Of a DNA stretch of 64,000 nucleotides, positions 49,022-57,725 are shown piece after piece. How positions within the stretch are numbered: position 1 is the stretch's first letter; each line of letters begins with the position of its first letter. The notes under the pieces were generated by a model. It did no database searches. It saw nothing but the letters and a program-made list of their open reading frames with translations, and had not been told where the DNA came from. Position numbers and translations under genes: made by a program. This DNA comes from a virus. The stretch lies in the IMG/VR virus record IMGVR_UViG_3300044609_000721; one strand, written 5' to 3'.

Positions 49022-49162
49022 TCATCCCTGACCCCTGTAACGCTTTCGAGCCTTATTTCGACTGGTAGAAGCATATTTAGTGTGCTTGCCAAGACCTTGA
49101 CGAGACTTTTTGGGTTTGGATTCGATGATATCTTTGTTTGTCAGTGAAGGACGCTTTGCCAT
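49022..49162 (-). CDS. Small basic protein (46 aa)
   Basis: Manual translation MAKRPSLTNKDIIESKPKKSRQGLGKHTKYASTSRNKARKRYRGQG. Confidence 0.8.
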   Translation of the reverse strand: MAKRPSLTNKDIIESKPKKSRQGLGKHTKYASTSRNKARKRYRGQG

Positions 49163-49189
49163 ATTCGGATATCGGTTAAAGACTTGAGT

Positions 49190-49218
49190 AGTATACCATA
49201 TTTTGGGTCATTTGCCAA
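49190..49218 (-). promoter_or_regulatory. sigma70-type promoter (TTGGCA-N17-TATACT, extended -10 TG)
   Basis: Exact 17-nt spacer, TGn preceding the -10, 28 nt upstream of the 49162 ATG. Confidence 0.65.
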
Positions 49219-49729
49219 CCATTACATTGATTGAACCGCTAGCAATTACTGATCTACAAGGCGGTCCTAGTGGATCTCCTACCGTTGCAAGTGGTCTACC
49301 ATTGACTAGAACCGATTTTCCGCTCGCATAGACCTTCCTATCATGCCCCCTGCCATTATAAATCATGTCTTCAGTTGATAATTTGCCACATGGAATCGAT
49401 TTTTGGTCCAATCTTGCACAACTATCACCCGAAGGGACCAATCTTGTAACTAAATTTGTACATGATGAGGGATGAATGGTCAATAAATCACCATGAAGGA
49501 GCGGAACTTGACCATTAATCAGTACATTTCTGGCAATAGGTACCTTTAAACGAGTATTTAAGGGAGGCCAATTACAAGTTGCGTCTTTAGTTGAGACTGG
49601 TTTTGGTATAATTGGGAATGGTGAAGTATATGGAGGGGAGCAAGCACCTAAAAATTGGTGAATGTGCTCTGGAATGCACACTCCATGACCACTACAAGTG
49701 CCCGCTACAGTTGCTGCTAGTCCTGGCAT
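49208..49729 (-). CDS. PAAR-like spike tip protein (T4 gp5.4 analogue)
   Basis: CSGHG, NVLINGQVPLLHGDLLTIH, SVLVNGRPLATVGDPLG..C.SVIASGSINVMVG are PAAR-type repeats with His/Cys metal ligands. Confidence 0.85.
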   Translation of the reverse strand: MPGLAATVAGTCSGHGVCIPEHIHQFLGACSPPYTSPFPIIPKPVSTKDATCNWPPLNTRLKVPIARNVLINGQVPLLHGDLLTIHPSSCTNLVTRLVPSGDSCARLDQKSIPCGKLSTEDMIYNGRGHDRKVYASGKSVLVNGRPLATVGDPLGPPCRSVIASGSINVMVGK

Positions 49730-49730
49730 A

Positions 49731-52700
49731 TCAATAACCCTCTGGTACAGTCTCGCTTAATTGTGTTGGTGCTTCAGAATCATCATTATTCTGAGCGTCT
49801 TCTGTAATATATAGGTCTTCCTCACCCAAATCACCATATTGCCTGTTGCAAACAAAGTCATATGGATTTCCATATTTGTCAACAGACTCCGCAAATATTT
49901 TAGTCTCTTGAGTCAAGTCATGATAGATTTGCAATCTGCCATGAACTTCATAACTACGGCATCCATCCGAAACCATACGGTCACCAACTCTATATCCAGA
50001 AAGTTCCATTAGACTATTAATGTTGTTATACCAAACACCCCCAATGTATCCTCCTTTATCTGAGAATGGTACTGCATATGTAGTGGCGTTTTGCGTCACA
50101 CCAAGACCCATTCCACCATACCAACCTAGAGTTGGTAATCCATATTCACTGACACAAAAAGCATCTTCAATATCAAGAGTAGAATCTTCGAATGTATTTC
50201 TGATTTGCTGCAGAACTGTCTGTAGGGCTGGTTGATCTTCCAAACATTTTGTGCATACAGTTAAGTCGGGATTATTTGGATCTGGTGGATTTTTGATTAC
50301 ACCCAATCTTATTGTGATATGTGTCCAAGGCCTTGGATCTGGACAAAATCTTCTCATCAGATATAAATTCTCATCATCACGGCATGGTAATGCAAAGAAC
50401 GATTTCTCTGTGACCATCATGGACGTATTATTCCAAGTACCATACCTATAGTCTTCAAGATCTCTTTCCCACATTTCATCTAATGATTCTGTGAGTTGAT
50501 TTTCCTGAACTTGGATAGAGTTTGGTACAGAGTTCACATAGTCCTTTCCATATCGTACATTTGGATTTCCCTTTCCTAATTTTCTGGTGAAATCTTTGAA
50601 CTCTTTAGTGTAACTAACATTTCCTTCACTTGTTGATGGAACTTTACTCTTCACCAATGATGGATTTGATTTTGCTGAAATATCATTCACTACATCTTCA
50701 GTACCTTCTGGAGCAGCAGATGTATTGATTACTGTTCCAGTAGGACTCGATAGACTTATTGTGGATACTGAAGAATATGTACTGAAAGCACTTCTTTGAC
50801 TTGCAGAAAGTTTGTTGGTGATGTAAGTATTCACAGCACGAGTTTGTTCCTCGGTCCATTTACCAGTAGTGATATTCTGAGTGGTTGTATTTGCAATAGT
50901 AATATTTTCAGAATTGAATTTGGTCACTGATGGAATATTACTATACTCATCTCTTCTCTCTTTTAGTTTTTTGATTTGCTGCTGCTGGTCTGCAGTTAAA
51001 TCATTTTCACTGAATGCCCTAATGAAGTTTTTCTTGACACCACGATCTTCATATCTAAAAGATCTTTTGGTATTACTTTGACGCATGGAATCGACATCTG
51101 GTTTTAATCTAGATGTAATAACTTCATTATGAACATCGGACTGTTTCTTAGAATAACTCTGCCAGTCTAATCCAGTTTTGCTATATGATTGGAAAATTGG
51201 AGATTCTTTAAATACTCTATAATTATCTGCCTCAGCAATGTTTATATCTTTTGCTTCTCTGGCAACTGTATCTATCTTCCTCGCAATGTAAGGAACAAAT
51301 ACGTCAGGTGGATTTGTAGATGAGTATCCAGATCCACCATTCAATACTCTTACATCAACCAAACGGCCGCGAGAAATGATTGGTTCTAGTTGAGCAATGA
51401 CACCAGTACCCTTACATCTTCTTTTTGCTTTTGCTACAGACACTCCTTGATTGATTAGAGTGTTGTACAAATCGTGATTAAAGTAGGTTGGTGGAGGCGA
51501 TACTGAAAGTTTAATATTTTCGATGTTTTTATTTGTAAGACCCCTGCCCTTACTTATGATCTTTATTCTAGAAACACGACCATTTTCGATTTTTGCAACA
51601 CACTTTGGTTTGATGATTTTTGGTGCAAACGGAATCCCCTCATTTGGAATTGCTGTACCATATTCTATTTCTTTTTTCTTAAATTCGTACTTGCCAATTA
51701 ATATTGCTCTATCCTTAATGCCCCATCCAGCAACAACTTTGATATTCTGACCATTGCTTGCAGTATATACTGCATCCTTCGTAAAGTCTGCAGTTCCGTT
51801 AGAGAGTTCTGCCAAGTGCATATTGAACTCATTATCACTATGCTTTACATTTTTAATGGCCCATCCATTGACAGTCATATTGGTTGATAGGTAATCAACA
51901 TCGTCAACCACTTCTTGAGTATCCTGAGTTTCTGAGATAACCAGAGTGACTGATATTCTATCCTCAGCATCTTTATCTGGGAAGTACAATACAAACTTAT
52001 TTTGATCAACAAAGTCCACACCATTCCCAGGAGAATACCCATACCCACGATTGAGTATGCGATCTATCTTCCAAATTGTGTTATATTGATTTGTGTTACT
52101 ATCCCACTCAGAATTGATTTTCATTCTTATGCGAAGACCACCATTCATTGTGTAGTCTTTGAAGACGGTTGTATTATTTGATACCCAACAATCACCAGAA
52201 GTTGATTTAAATGCAACTCCTTCAGATCCATTCCATGAGTCTACAAACCCTGCCTGCTTGAGAGTCATACCTCTGAAGCAGTCTCCACCATTGATACCAT
52301 TCACAGCGTTCCTAGAGGTCCATACGATGGATCCAGCGAGGTTCTTGAGAACGATTGCATATCCAGCAGGATTGGCAGTCCAACTTGTATTAGTGCCACC
52401 ATTCCTCACCTTGATACGGAAATTGATATACCCTGCTTTCTGAACAGTAAAGGTACCAGTGATGGGAGATCCATTATATCCACCCGATACTGTAAACTGT
52501 TTATTCTCATCAGATGAGACTAGGATATAATCATCACCTTCATTGGTAACACCGTAGGAATCTACTGCAATCGTACCTTCATCATCGATTGCCATTTCTA
52601 GGGAATATGCTCCTGCAGAAACAGGAATCTTCTTATTGATGATATTGACTTCTCTACCAACAAGATTATTCTGCATGTTGTTGGTCCATACCATGTAGTT

Positions 52701-53939
52701 GTTGGCAAAAGTATTCCAACCAGAATTGCCACTCACAGCAAACAATCCACCAACAAACTTAGATTCCTTCAGCATGAAATCTACAGGTACACCACCAATC
52801 TTTCCACTTGGATTATCTTTATCTCCTACAGGAACAATAATGATGTCCCCCATAATCTCTTGAGTGATAATTGAGTTAGTGACCAAACTGGTTGGTTTCA
52901 CTGCAACTCTTGTTCTACTTGATGGCCATCCACCAGAAGGTAGTGATACAACTCCGTTGACCTTAACTTCAGTATTAGCGTGGTTTCTATCTGTTCTATG
53001 TGATCTGAATGTCATATCCAAGATCATACCATTTGAGAATGATACGTTCTGGCGAGATTCATATCCATTGGGATATTGAGTTCCATAGTCCTCTTTACTT
53101 CCCCACATCTTAATACCCCAGCGAGTATAGATGTAGTTCCCCAAGGATGCATTGTGTCTATAGACTAAATGACTTTCACTGCCTTCATTTGGTCTATAGC
53201 GAAGCATTACTGCTGAACTCTTTGTTGTGTAGCGAAATGCTACTGCTTGACGTTTTGTACCAACTGCCCAGAACAATGGATATGCATCTTCATCGTATGC
53301 AGGGTTGGTTATTCCATCTTCTAAGTTATATCTGATGTAGGTTTCGTCTGGATGGCAAGGACATTCAAACGGGGTTTTTCTCATCTGATAAGTCCAGCGT
53401 GGAGCCGTAGCACCATCACCAGATCCACCTCCAGCAAAATAAGTCACTGTGAAACACCAAGAGTGGCAAGGTGTTCCAGTGACTCCGTTGTAGGTATCAA
53501 ACATGTAATAGAACCAACTATCCGAGAAGTTTGGTTCAAAACTAATCTCTGATGGATAGTGATCCCAGTAACGAGTTTTTACAGGATTTACAATTGCACC
53601 AGGAACAAGAGCATTGGTACATGCAAATCCATTAGCCTCCCACCACTTCGTTGTGACGATGGGAGCATTTAATTTTCCTGCGTTATCTCCAATATCATTC
53701 TTATTGCCGAAGAGATAATCAGGTGTAGTTGTTGGACTTGTAGAATATGTGCTGTAACGATTGGGCGCAACAGACTGACACACATCATCAAAGTCATACA
53801 TCACACGATCACGTTCCCAAGTAGGAGCATTGATGTGATTCGTATTTCTCTTTGGATAGTTCTCTTTAGACATGAGGACCCCAATATTGGGATCATTCAG
53901 TGGACTAAAATCTGGACATGATTTACTGTTGCAAGGCAT
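49731..53939 (-). CDS. Large putative virion structural protein (1402 aa)
   Basis: Long ORF in the late module, 1 nt from the PAAR start; contains GxGY wedge-type repeats and a PA14-like segment (YSLEMAIDDEG...INFRIKVRNGG). Confidence 0.8.
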   Translation of the reverse strand: MPCNSKSCPDFSPLNDPNIGVLMSKENYPKRNTNHINAPTWERDRVMYDFDDVCQSVAPNRYSTYSTSPTTTPDYLFGNKNDIGDNAGKLNAPIVTTKWWEANGFACTNALVPGAIVNPVKTRYWDHYPSEISFEPNFSDSWFYYMFDTYNGVTGTPCHSWCFTVTYFAGGGSGDGATAPRWTYQMRKTPFECPCHPDETYIRYNLEDGITNPAYDEDAYPLFWAVGTKRQAVAFRYTTKSSAVMLRYRPNEGSESHLVYRHNASLGNYIYTRWGIKMWGSKEDYGTQYPNGYESRQNVSFSNGMILDMTFRSHRTDRNHANTEVKVNGVVSLPSGGWPSSRTRVAVKPTSLVTNSIITQEIMGDIIIVPVGDKDNPSGKIGGVPVDFMLKESKFVGGLFAVSGNSGWNTFANNYMVWTNNMQNNLVGREVNIINKKIPVSAGAYSLEMAIDDEGTIAVDSYGVTNEGDDYILVSSDENKQFTVSGGYNGSPITGTFTVQKAGYINFRIKVRNGGTNTSWTANPAGYAIVLKNLAGSIVWTSRNAVNGINGGDCFRGMTLKQAGFVDSWNGSEGVAFKSTSGDCWVSNNTTVFKDYTMNGGLRIRMKINSEWDSNTNQYNTIWKIDRILNRGYGYSPGNGVDFVDQNKFVLYFPDKDAEDRISVTLVISETQDTQEVVDDVDYLSTNMTVNGWAIKNVKHSDNEFNMHLAELSNGTADFTKDAVYTASNGQNIKVVAGWGIKDRAILIGKYEFKKKEIEYGTAIPNEGIPFAPKIIKPKCVAKIENGRVSRIKIISKGRGLTNKNIENIKLSVSPPPTYFNHDLYNTLINQGVSVAKAKRRCKGTGVIAQLEPIISRGRLVDVRVLNGGSGYSSTNPPDVFVPYIARKIDTVAREAKDINIAEADNYRVFKESPIFQSYSKTGLDWQSYSKKQSDVHNEVITSRLKPDVDSMRQSNTKRSFRYEDRGVKKNFIRAFSENDLTADQQQQIKKLKERRDEYSNIPSVTKFNSENITIANTTTQNITTGKWTEEQTRAVNTYITNKLSASQRSAFSTYSSVSTISLSSPTGTVINTSAAPEGTEDVVNDISAKSNPSLVKSKVPSTSEGNVSYTKEFKDFTRKLGKGNPNVRYGKDYVNSVPNSIQVQENQLTESLDEMWERDLEDYRYGTWNNTSMMVTEKSFFALPCRDDENLYLMRRFCPDPRPWTHITIRLGVIKNPPDPNNPDLTVCTKCLEDQPALQTVLQQIRNTFEDSTLDIEDAFCVSEYGLPTLGWYGGMGLGVTQNATTYAVPFSDKGGYIGGVWYNNINSLMELSGYRVGDRMVSDGCRSYEVHGRLQIYHDLTQETKIFAESVDKYGNPYDFVCNRQYGDLGEEDLYITEDAQNNDDSEAPTQLSETVPEGY

Positions 53940-53942
53940 TAC

Positions 53943-54290
53943 TTACTTACCCTGGTCAAATAGTTGGTTCTCAATTTTATTTAGACGTTCGTAAATAAGA
54001 TCGAGATTACCACCAAGACCAACGTAATCATCATTCCCAGGAGGTTTGTACTGTAGACTCGATTTACCAAGAAGTTCTGTAGTAACAAACTTCTCAATGT
54101 TATCCAATCGAGTCTCTACACTTTCTTTGATATACTTTTCAATATCACTGGTGCGTTCAATGAGTTTTGTAATGATATCATTAATGATCTCATGTGCTTT
54201 CTCATTATCTTTAAATTTAAAGTCCATGTATCCACGATCTTGTTGAAGTAATAGTTCCTTCAGTTTCGTGTTGGGATTTTCTTCAGTCAT
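53943..54290 (-). CDS. Hypothetical coiled-coil protein
   Basis: 115-aa ORF, co-oriented, with GAGG RBS. Confidence 0.75.
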   Translation of the reverse strand: MTEENPNTKLKELLLQQDRGYMDFKFKDNEKAHEIINDIITKLIERTSDIEKYIKESVETRLDNIEKFVTTELLGKSSLQYKPPGNDDYVGLGGNLDLIYERLNKIENQLFDQGK

Positions 54291-54345
54291 GCTATAATAT
54301 ACCTCTAAGTTTTACGCGGTAAACGGGCTACGCGGTTTTTTTTTC

Positions 54346-54510
54346 TCAAATGTCCTTAAACATTCTCACACCAGTTCCGTCGTCATCAATTTCGTACCTT
54401 AATACGTCTCCTTCCATTAATCCGAGTTCATCAATAATCTCTTGAGGAAACTCTAAAATTAAATCCCCTTCTGGGGTCTCTTCTAACTCTATGATAAACT
54501 TTCTTGACAT
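54346..54510 (-). CDS. Small AbrB/MazE/SpoVT-like protein (54 aa)
   Basis: Manual translation MSRKFIIELEETPEGDLILEFPQEIIDELGLMEGDVLRYEIDDDGTGVRMFKDI fits the swapped-hairpin pattern LxxPxxIxxxLGLxxGDxLxxxI. Confidence 0.65.
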   Translation of the reverse strand: MSRKFIIELEETPEGDLILEFPQEIIDELGLMEGDVLRYEIDDDGTGVRMFKDI

Positions 54511-54511
54511 G

Positions 54512-54745
54512 TCATACCTCTTCAAGTACTTCTGTGATATATCTATACTCGGAGAGTTTTCTAGCTACGCGGTGTGCTTCCTTCTCATCAAATAACAGGT
54601 ACTGACCTTTCGTATCACAACACTCCAAGTGTCCCTCCTCTTCGAGAAATTTGGATAAATTGTGAAAGATTGGTCCTGCCTGTTTTGTTTGATCGTAGGG
54701 TATCGCAACCCTCACATAATGCTTAGTAGTCATCATACCCACCAC
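54512..54745 (-). CDS. Hypothetical protein
   Basis: 77-aa ORF tightly packed with its neighbours. Confidence 0.65.
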   Translation of the reverse strand: MVGMMTTKHYVRVAIPYDQTKQAGPIFHNLSKFLEEEGHLECCDTKGQYLLFDEKEAHRVARKLSEYRYITEVLEEV

Positions 54746-55022
54746 TAGCGAGGCTTGCCTGAAACTCAGGACTCTCGTAGATTCTTTTGATACTTCTCTG
54801 AAAAGGTGTTAATTCCTCCTCTGTAATTTCATCGCGGTTCAATCCGTAGGCTTCACGAATATCTTTGAATTCCTCTAACGTGAGAACTTTGATAGAATCT
54901 TCAACGGCTTCCTTGACGAACCACTTGAAGGAATCCACTGCGCGTTCCTCAGATTCTCCTAGAATCCCTACGAACTTCGTCTCGTTCTTTGTGTCAGTAT
55001 AGCGAATTACCCAATAGTCCAT
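54723..55022 (-). CDS. Hypothetical protein
   Basis: 99-aa ORF with GAGG RBS; first gene after the late promoter at 55138. Confidence 0.7.
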   Translation of the reverse strand: MDYWVIRYTDTKNETKFVGILGESEERAVDSFKWFVKEAVEDSIKVLTLEEFKDIREAYGLNRDEITEEELTPFQRSIKRIYESPEFQASLASGGYDDY

Positions 55023-55137
55023 TTTATTCCTCAGAAAAATTTTTTATATTATAGAGACCCTAAAAGGGGACCCACTCTTATATATTCGGCGGCCGTTTTT
55101 ATTTTCTTGGAGTCCCTTGGAAAAATAAACAGAGATA

Positions 55138-55144
55138 TATTTAG
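55138..55144 (-). promoter_or_regulatory. Late promoter (CTAAATA) opening the structural module
   Basis: In the intergenic region between the early genes and the structural block. Confidence 0.5.
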
Positions 55145-55258
55145 ATGCCTTTCGTAACACTTTATAGATTACAAGGGACCCTTTTATTAATATAAGGGCG
55201 CCCCGATATCACGATAACGTTATATCATACTGCCTGTCCGCCCTAAGTTATATCGAGA

Positions 55259-55280
55259 GAGGGGCAATTGACTGCCCCTC
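55259..55280 (-). terminator. GC-rich hairpin, probable terminator at the end of the early block
   Basis: GAGGGGCA-N6-TGCCCCTC directly after the stop of 55296-55451; weak U-tract. Confidence 0.55.
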
Positions 55281-55295
55281 AGTATATCTAACTCA

Positions 55296-55451
55296 TCAGA
55301 AGTCGATCATCTCCATAGTGGGAACATTGTCGCTCTGAGTGTCATCATTGCCCTCGCTAATCGTGCCGCTGGTGATGGTATCGAGGATCGACAGAATCTC
55401 GTTGCCAGTGTTACCTTGACGGAGCATGGAGATGAGAACTTGCTTAGACAT
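55296..55451 (-). CDS. Small hypothetical protein (51 aa)
   Basis: Manual translation MSKQVLISMLRQGNTGNEILSILDTITSGTISEGNDDTQSDNVPTMEMIDF. Confidence 0.8.
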   Translation of the reverse strand: MSKQVLISMLRQGNTGNEILSILDTITSGTISEGNDDTQSDNVPTMEMIDF

Positions 55452-55525
55452 AGTAGGTCGGTTCGTTGTTAGTTAGGGGTTAAACAGTGAGTGTCTTTAT
55501 AGGGCGCATCTCATTCCCTTGGGTA

Positions 55526-55786
55526 TTATGGCAGATCTACACCTGTCATCTCAAAATCAAAAACAAGACGCTTTGCAAAGTCTTCTGCTTCTTGCTTTGT
55601 TGCGTATTTGGTGACAGTTCCATCAGCATATTTGACCAGTTTGAATACATGTCCAATCATGCAATCTTTCAAGACTTTTTTATGTGACCAGATGGCAGCA
55701 CGATAACCCGATCCGTCTTTAATTTTCTTTGCCATATAAGGACGGGGCAAAGATCCAGGGGCCACGCGAATAGTGAAGATGGACAT
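55526..55786 (-). CDS. Hypothetical protein (86 aa; start revised from the track)
   Basis: MSIFTIRVAPG...; the longer track start runs through the DnaA-box region and uses a non-ATG codon. Confidence 0.65.
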   Translation of the reverse strand: MSIFTIRVAPGSLPRPYMAKKIKDGSGYRAAIWSHKKVLKDCMIGHVFKLVKYADGTVTKYATKQEAEDFAKRLVFDFEMTGVDLP

Positions 55787-55829
55787 GTTTGTTGTTTCGA
55801 GGGGGGAGAATTGATGATTTTGAGAATAG

Positions 55830-55862
55830 TTTTCCACAGATTTGAGTATAACCTGTGGAAAA
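55830..55862. promoter_or_regulatory. Inverted pair of DnaA-box-like 9-mers (TTTTCCACA-N15-TGTGGAAAA)
   Basis: Boxes at 55830-55838 and 55854-55862. Confidence 0.6.
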
Positions 55863-55866
55863 CTTA

Positions 55867-56184
55867 TCAAGCGAGACGCATACCAGAGAAGAAAGGAATC
55901 GTCCCGTAGTCGTTAGAACTGAAGAACCATTGTCCCTTCTTCTGGAATACACGTTCATCGCCAATTCCATGCTCGGAGAGAATAGCATTCAGGCGAGACT
56001 TTGTGGTGTTTGACTGATACCCACCATCGAAAAGTTCGATCCAAGTCTCACCAATACGAGCGATCAGATTGCCATGGAGAAAGACATCAGTAACGAAGGA
56101 ACATGCAACGACTTCAGTGTTATCGAGTTTGAAGTCTTTGCCTGCAGTGATAGCAGCATTCATCAGACGTTCGATCTTACGCAT
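55867..56184 (-). CDS. Hypothetical early protein (105 aa)
   Basis: MRKIERLMNAAI...VFLHGNLIARI...GGYQSNTTKSRLNAIL; downstream of a class B promoter. Confidence 0.85.
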   Translation of the reverse strand: MRKIERLMNAAITAGKDFKLDNTEVVACSFVTDVFLHGNLIARIGETWIELFDGGYQSNTTKSRLNAILSEHGIGDERVFQKKGQWFFSSNDYGTIPFFSGMRLA

Positions 56185-56252
56185 GAGAGGCGATTGAAGG
56201 GGGTTTAGAGAGGTCGGAGGTAGTGGGAGATCCCCTCCCCTCCGATGAACCT

Positions 56253-56318
56253 AATATAGGGCATTCTGGGGGGTCTGGGAGATGGGGTGTGCCACTAAGA
56301 TTTCTGGTCGGTGACACT
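56253..56318 (-). promoter_or_regulatory. Early promoter class B (-10 TATATT with upstream GTG[CA]CACT half-sites)
   Basis: -10 at 56253-56258; GTGCCACT begins 30 nt upstream; a second half-site GTGACACT at 56311. Confidence 0.55.
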
Positions 56319-56431
56319 TGACAAATGCTCTGAGTCGTGGTAGAACGGGCTTAACTTGCATCTCTAGAGTACATTTATCTCTCAATACATTTCACGCACA
56401 TGTATTTTTTTGTACATTTTTAATTAACACT

Positions 56432-56476
56432 TTTTCCACAGGTTTTTCCACAATGAGTATATCTAACTGTGGAAAA
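56432..56476. promoter_or_regulatory. Three DnaA-box-like 9-mers
   Basis: TTTTCCACA at 56432-56440 and 56444-56452, TGTGGAAAA at 56468-56476 (again a 15-nt spacer), next to an AT-rich tract at 56401-56430. Confidence 0.6.
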
Positions 56477-56487
56477 CTACGCGGAAC

Positions 56488-56643
56488 TCAATCATAGATC
56501 CTTTGAGACCTTTCATACAGACGCCTATCCAAATGATCGAGATATTCATCTGGTTTCATTACATCATCCCAATCAAGATCATCTCGTTCAATGTAATCAG
56601 TGTTGTAGTAATCGTGATTCATCTTGTTAGTGGTAGTGTTCAT
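56488..56643 (-). CDS. Small acidic hypothetical protein (51 aa)
   Basis: Manual translation MNTTTNKMNHDYYNTDYIERDDLDWDDVMKPDEYLDHLDRRLYERSQRIYD. Confidence 0.6.
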   Translation of the reverse strand: MNTTTNKMNHDYYNTDYIERDDLDWDDVMKPDEYLDHLDRRLYERSQRIYD

Positions 56644-56657
56644 GATAGTGTTATTCT

Positions 56658-56912
56658 TCAGATGTAAATATCAGGATCAATGCTATACTCTTCTAGCAAT
56701 TCAGGATAATAGTCGTTTGCTTCTTTTACGAGTTCGTTATCAGTCATCTTCTCCATATTCTCTACTAGCATATCAAATGCGAATCGTACTAGTGTATCCA
56801 TGTCCATGCTATCTACGACTAGTTCAGCATAATCAGAGATGAGAGAATCACGATCGAAGGTGTTAGTCATTTGTTTGTGTTTGATGATTTCAGTGTAAAG
56901 GTCGATGCTCAT
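56658..56912 (-). CDS. Acidic helical hypothetical protein
   Basis: 84 aa, DYAELVVDSMDMDTLVRFAFD...YYPELLEEY. Confidence 0.8.
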   Translation of the reverse strand: MSIDLYTEIIKHKQMTNTFDRDSLISDYAELVVDSMDMDTLVRFAFDMLVENMEKMTDNELVKEANDYYPELLEEYSIDPDIYI

Positions 56913-57010
56913 TTGTGAGTCTTGTTTGTTGGTTTGTTGTTGAAAAGTATCGGCCTGATGGGTGTACTTTGTGTGCGAACTTGATTCAGTTTGCGTTGCT
57001 CTCGGGACAT
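56909..57010 (-). CDS. Very small basic ORF (33 aa)
   Basis: MSREQRKLNQVRTQSTPIRPILFNNKPTNKTHK; coupled at both ends (TGATG and ATGA overlaps). Confidence 0.5.
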   Translation of the reverse strand: MSREQRKLNQVRTQSTPIRPILFNNKPTNKTHK

Positions 57011-57177
57011 CAGTTAGCGTGAAGAATGGTGAGCATTTGATCGTAGAACTTATCTGCTTTCATCACTACATTATGCGACTCGGTTGCATCTTCGATGTCG
57101 TATTGTGTCATCTCTAGCGTTTGAATCACCTCAGAGAGTAGACTTTCCAGGTAGATTACTTTATCAGCATCACTCAT
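57010..57177 (-). CDS. Small hypothetical protein (55 aa; start revised)
   Basis: MSDADKVIYLESLLSEVIQTLEMTQYDIED...; ATG overlaps the end of the upstream gene. Confidence 0.7.
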   Translation of the reverse strand: MSDADKVIYLESLLSEVIQTLEMTQYDIEDATESHNVVMKADKFYDQMLTILHAN

Positions 57178-57328
57178 GAACTTGCCCTTGCAGAGTGTTA
57201 CCGACGAAGACAAATGCAGATCCTATAGTATAACGAACTTGAGGGGAAATGAGGCAGAGAACAATGATCAGAACAGTGAAAAGATTCATTTTGTCAGGTG
57301 ATTTGAAGGTCAGAGATTTGCGAGACAT
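57170..57328 (-). CDS. Small membrane-anchored protein (52 aa; start revised)
   Basis: MSRKSLTFKSPDKMNLFTVLIIVLCLISPQVRYTIGSAFVFVGNTLQGQVHE with a hydrophobic stretch. Confidence 0.65.
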   Translation of the reverse strand: MSRKSLTFKSPDKMNLFTVLIIVLCLISPQVRYTIGSAFVFVGNTLQGQVHE

Positions 57329-57332
57329 TGAA

Positions 57333-57584
57333 TCAGAGATCTTGCAGCATTTCGTTGATCTCAATATGATTAACTTTCTTGCTATTCCACTTCACACCAT
57401 CGGGAGTTTCTTTCTGACCACAATCATACAACAGTTCACAGAGTTCAGTATAATCAGCACAAGTCTTTGCCGCATCATACAGACTCTCATCATTCTGAAT
57501 CCAGAGACTAACATTCCAGGTCTCGTAATTCGTCCAACCGTTATAGGTGGTGTCAGTGATGTTGGTTTGGAAAGCGACAGTCAT
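57333..57584 (-). CDS. Hypothetical early protein (83 aa; start revised)
   Basis: MTVAFQ...YNGWTNYETWNVSLWIQND; ATG lies downstream of the class A promoter. Confidence 0.85.
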   Translation of the reverse strand: MTVAFQTNITDTTYNGWTNYETWNVSLWIQNDESLYDAAKTCADYTELCELLYDCGQKETPDGVKWNSKKVNHIEINEMLQDL

Positions 57585-57631
57585 TTGTTTGAGGTTTGTG
57601 GTGGGGATCTCTCTCAACCCCCGATGAACAT

Positions 57632-57707
57632 AGTATGGCAGGTCTGGCGGGGAAAGTCAAGCGTTTTTGGATAAGTGTTGCTTATGAGTGTGATAAGCAA
57701 CATTTAT
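57632..57707 (-). promoter_or_regulatory. Early promoter class A (TTGACT-N17-CATACT) with upstream palindromic operator-like site
   Basis: -10 at 57632-57637, -35 at 57655-57660; inverted repeat ATAAGTGTTGCTTAT-N7-ATAAGCAACATTTAT at 57671-57707. Confidence 0.8.
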
Positions 57708-57725
57708 GAGTTTTTACTTGACAAT

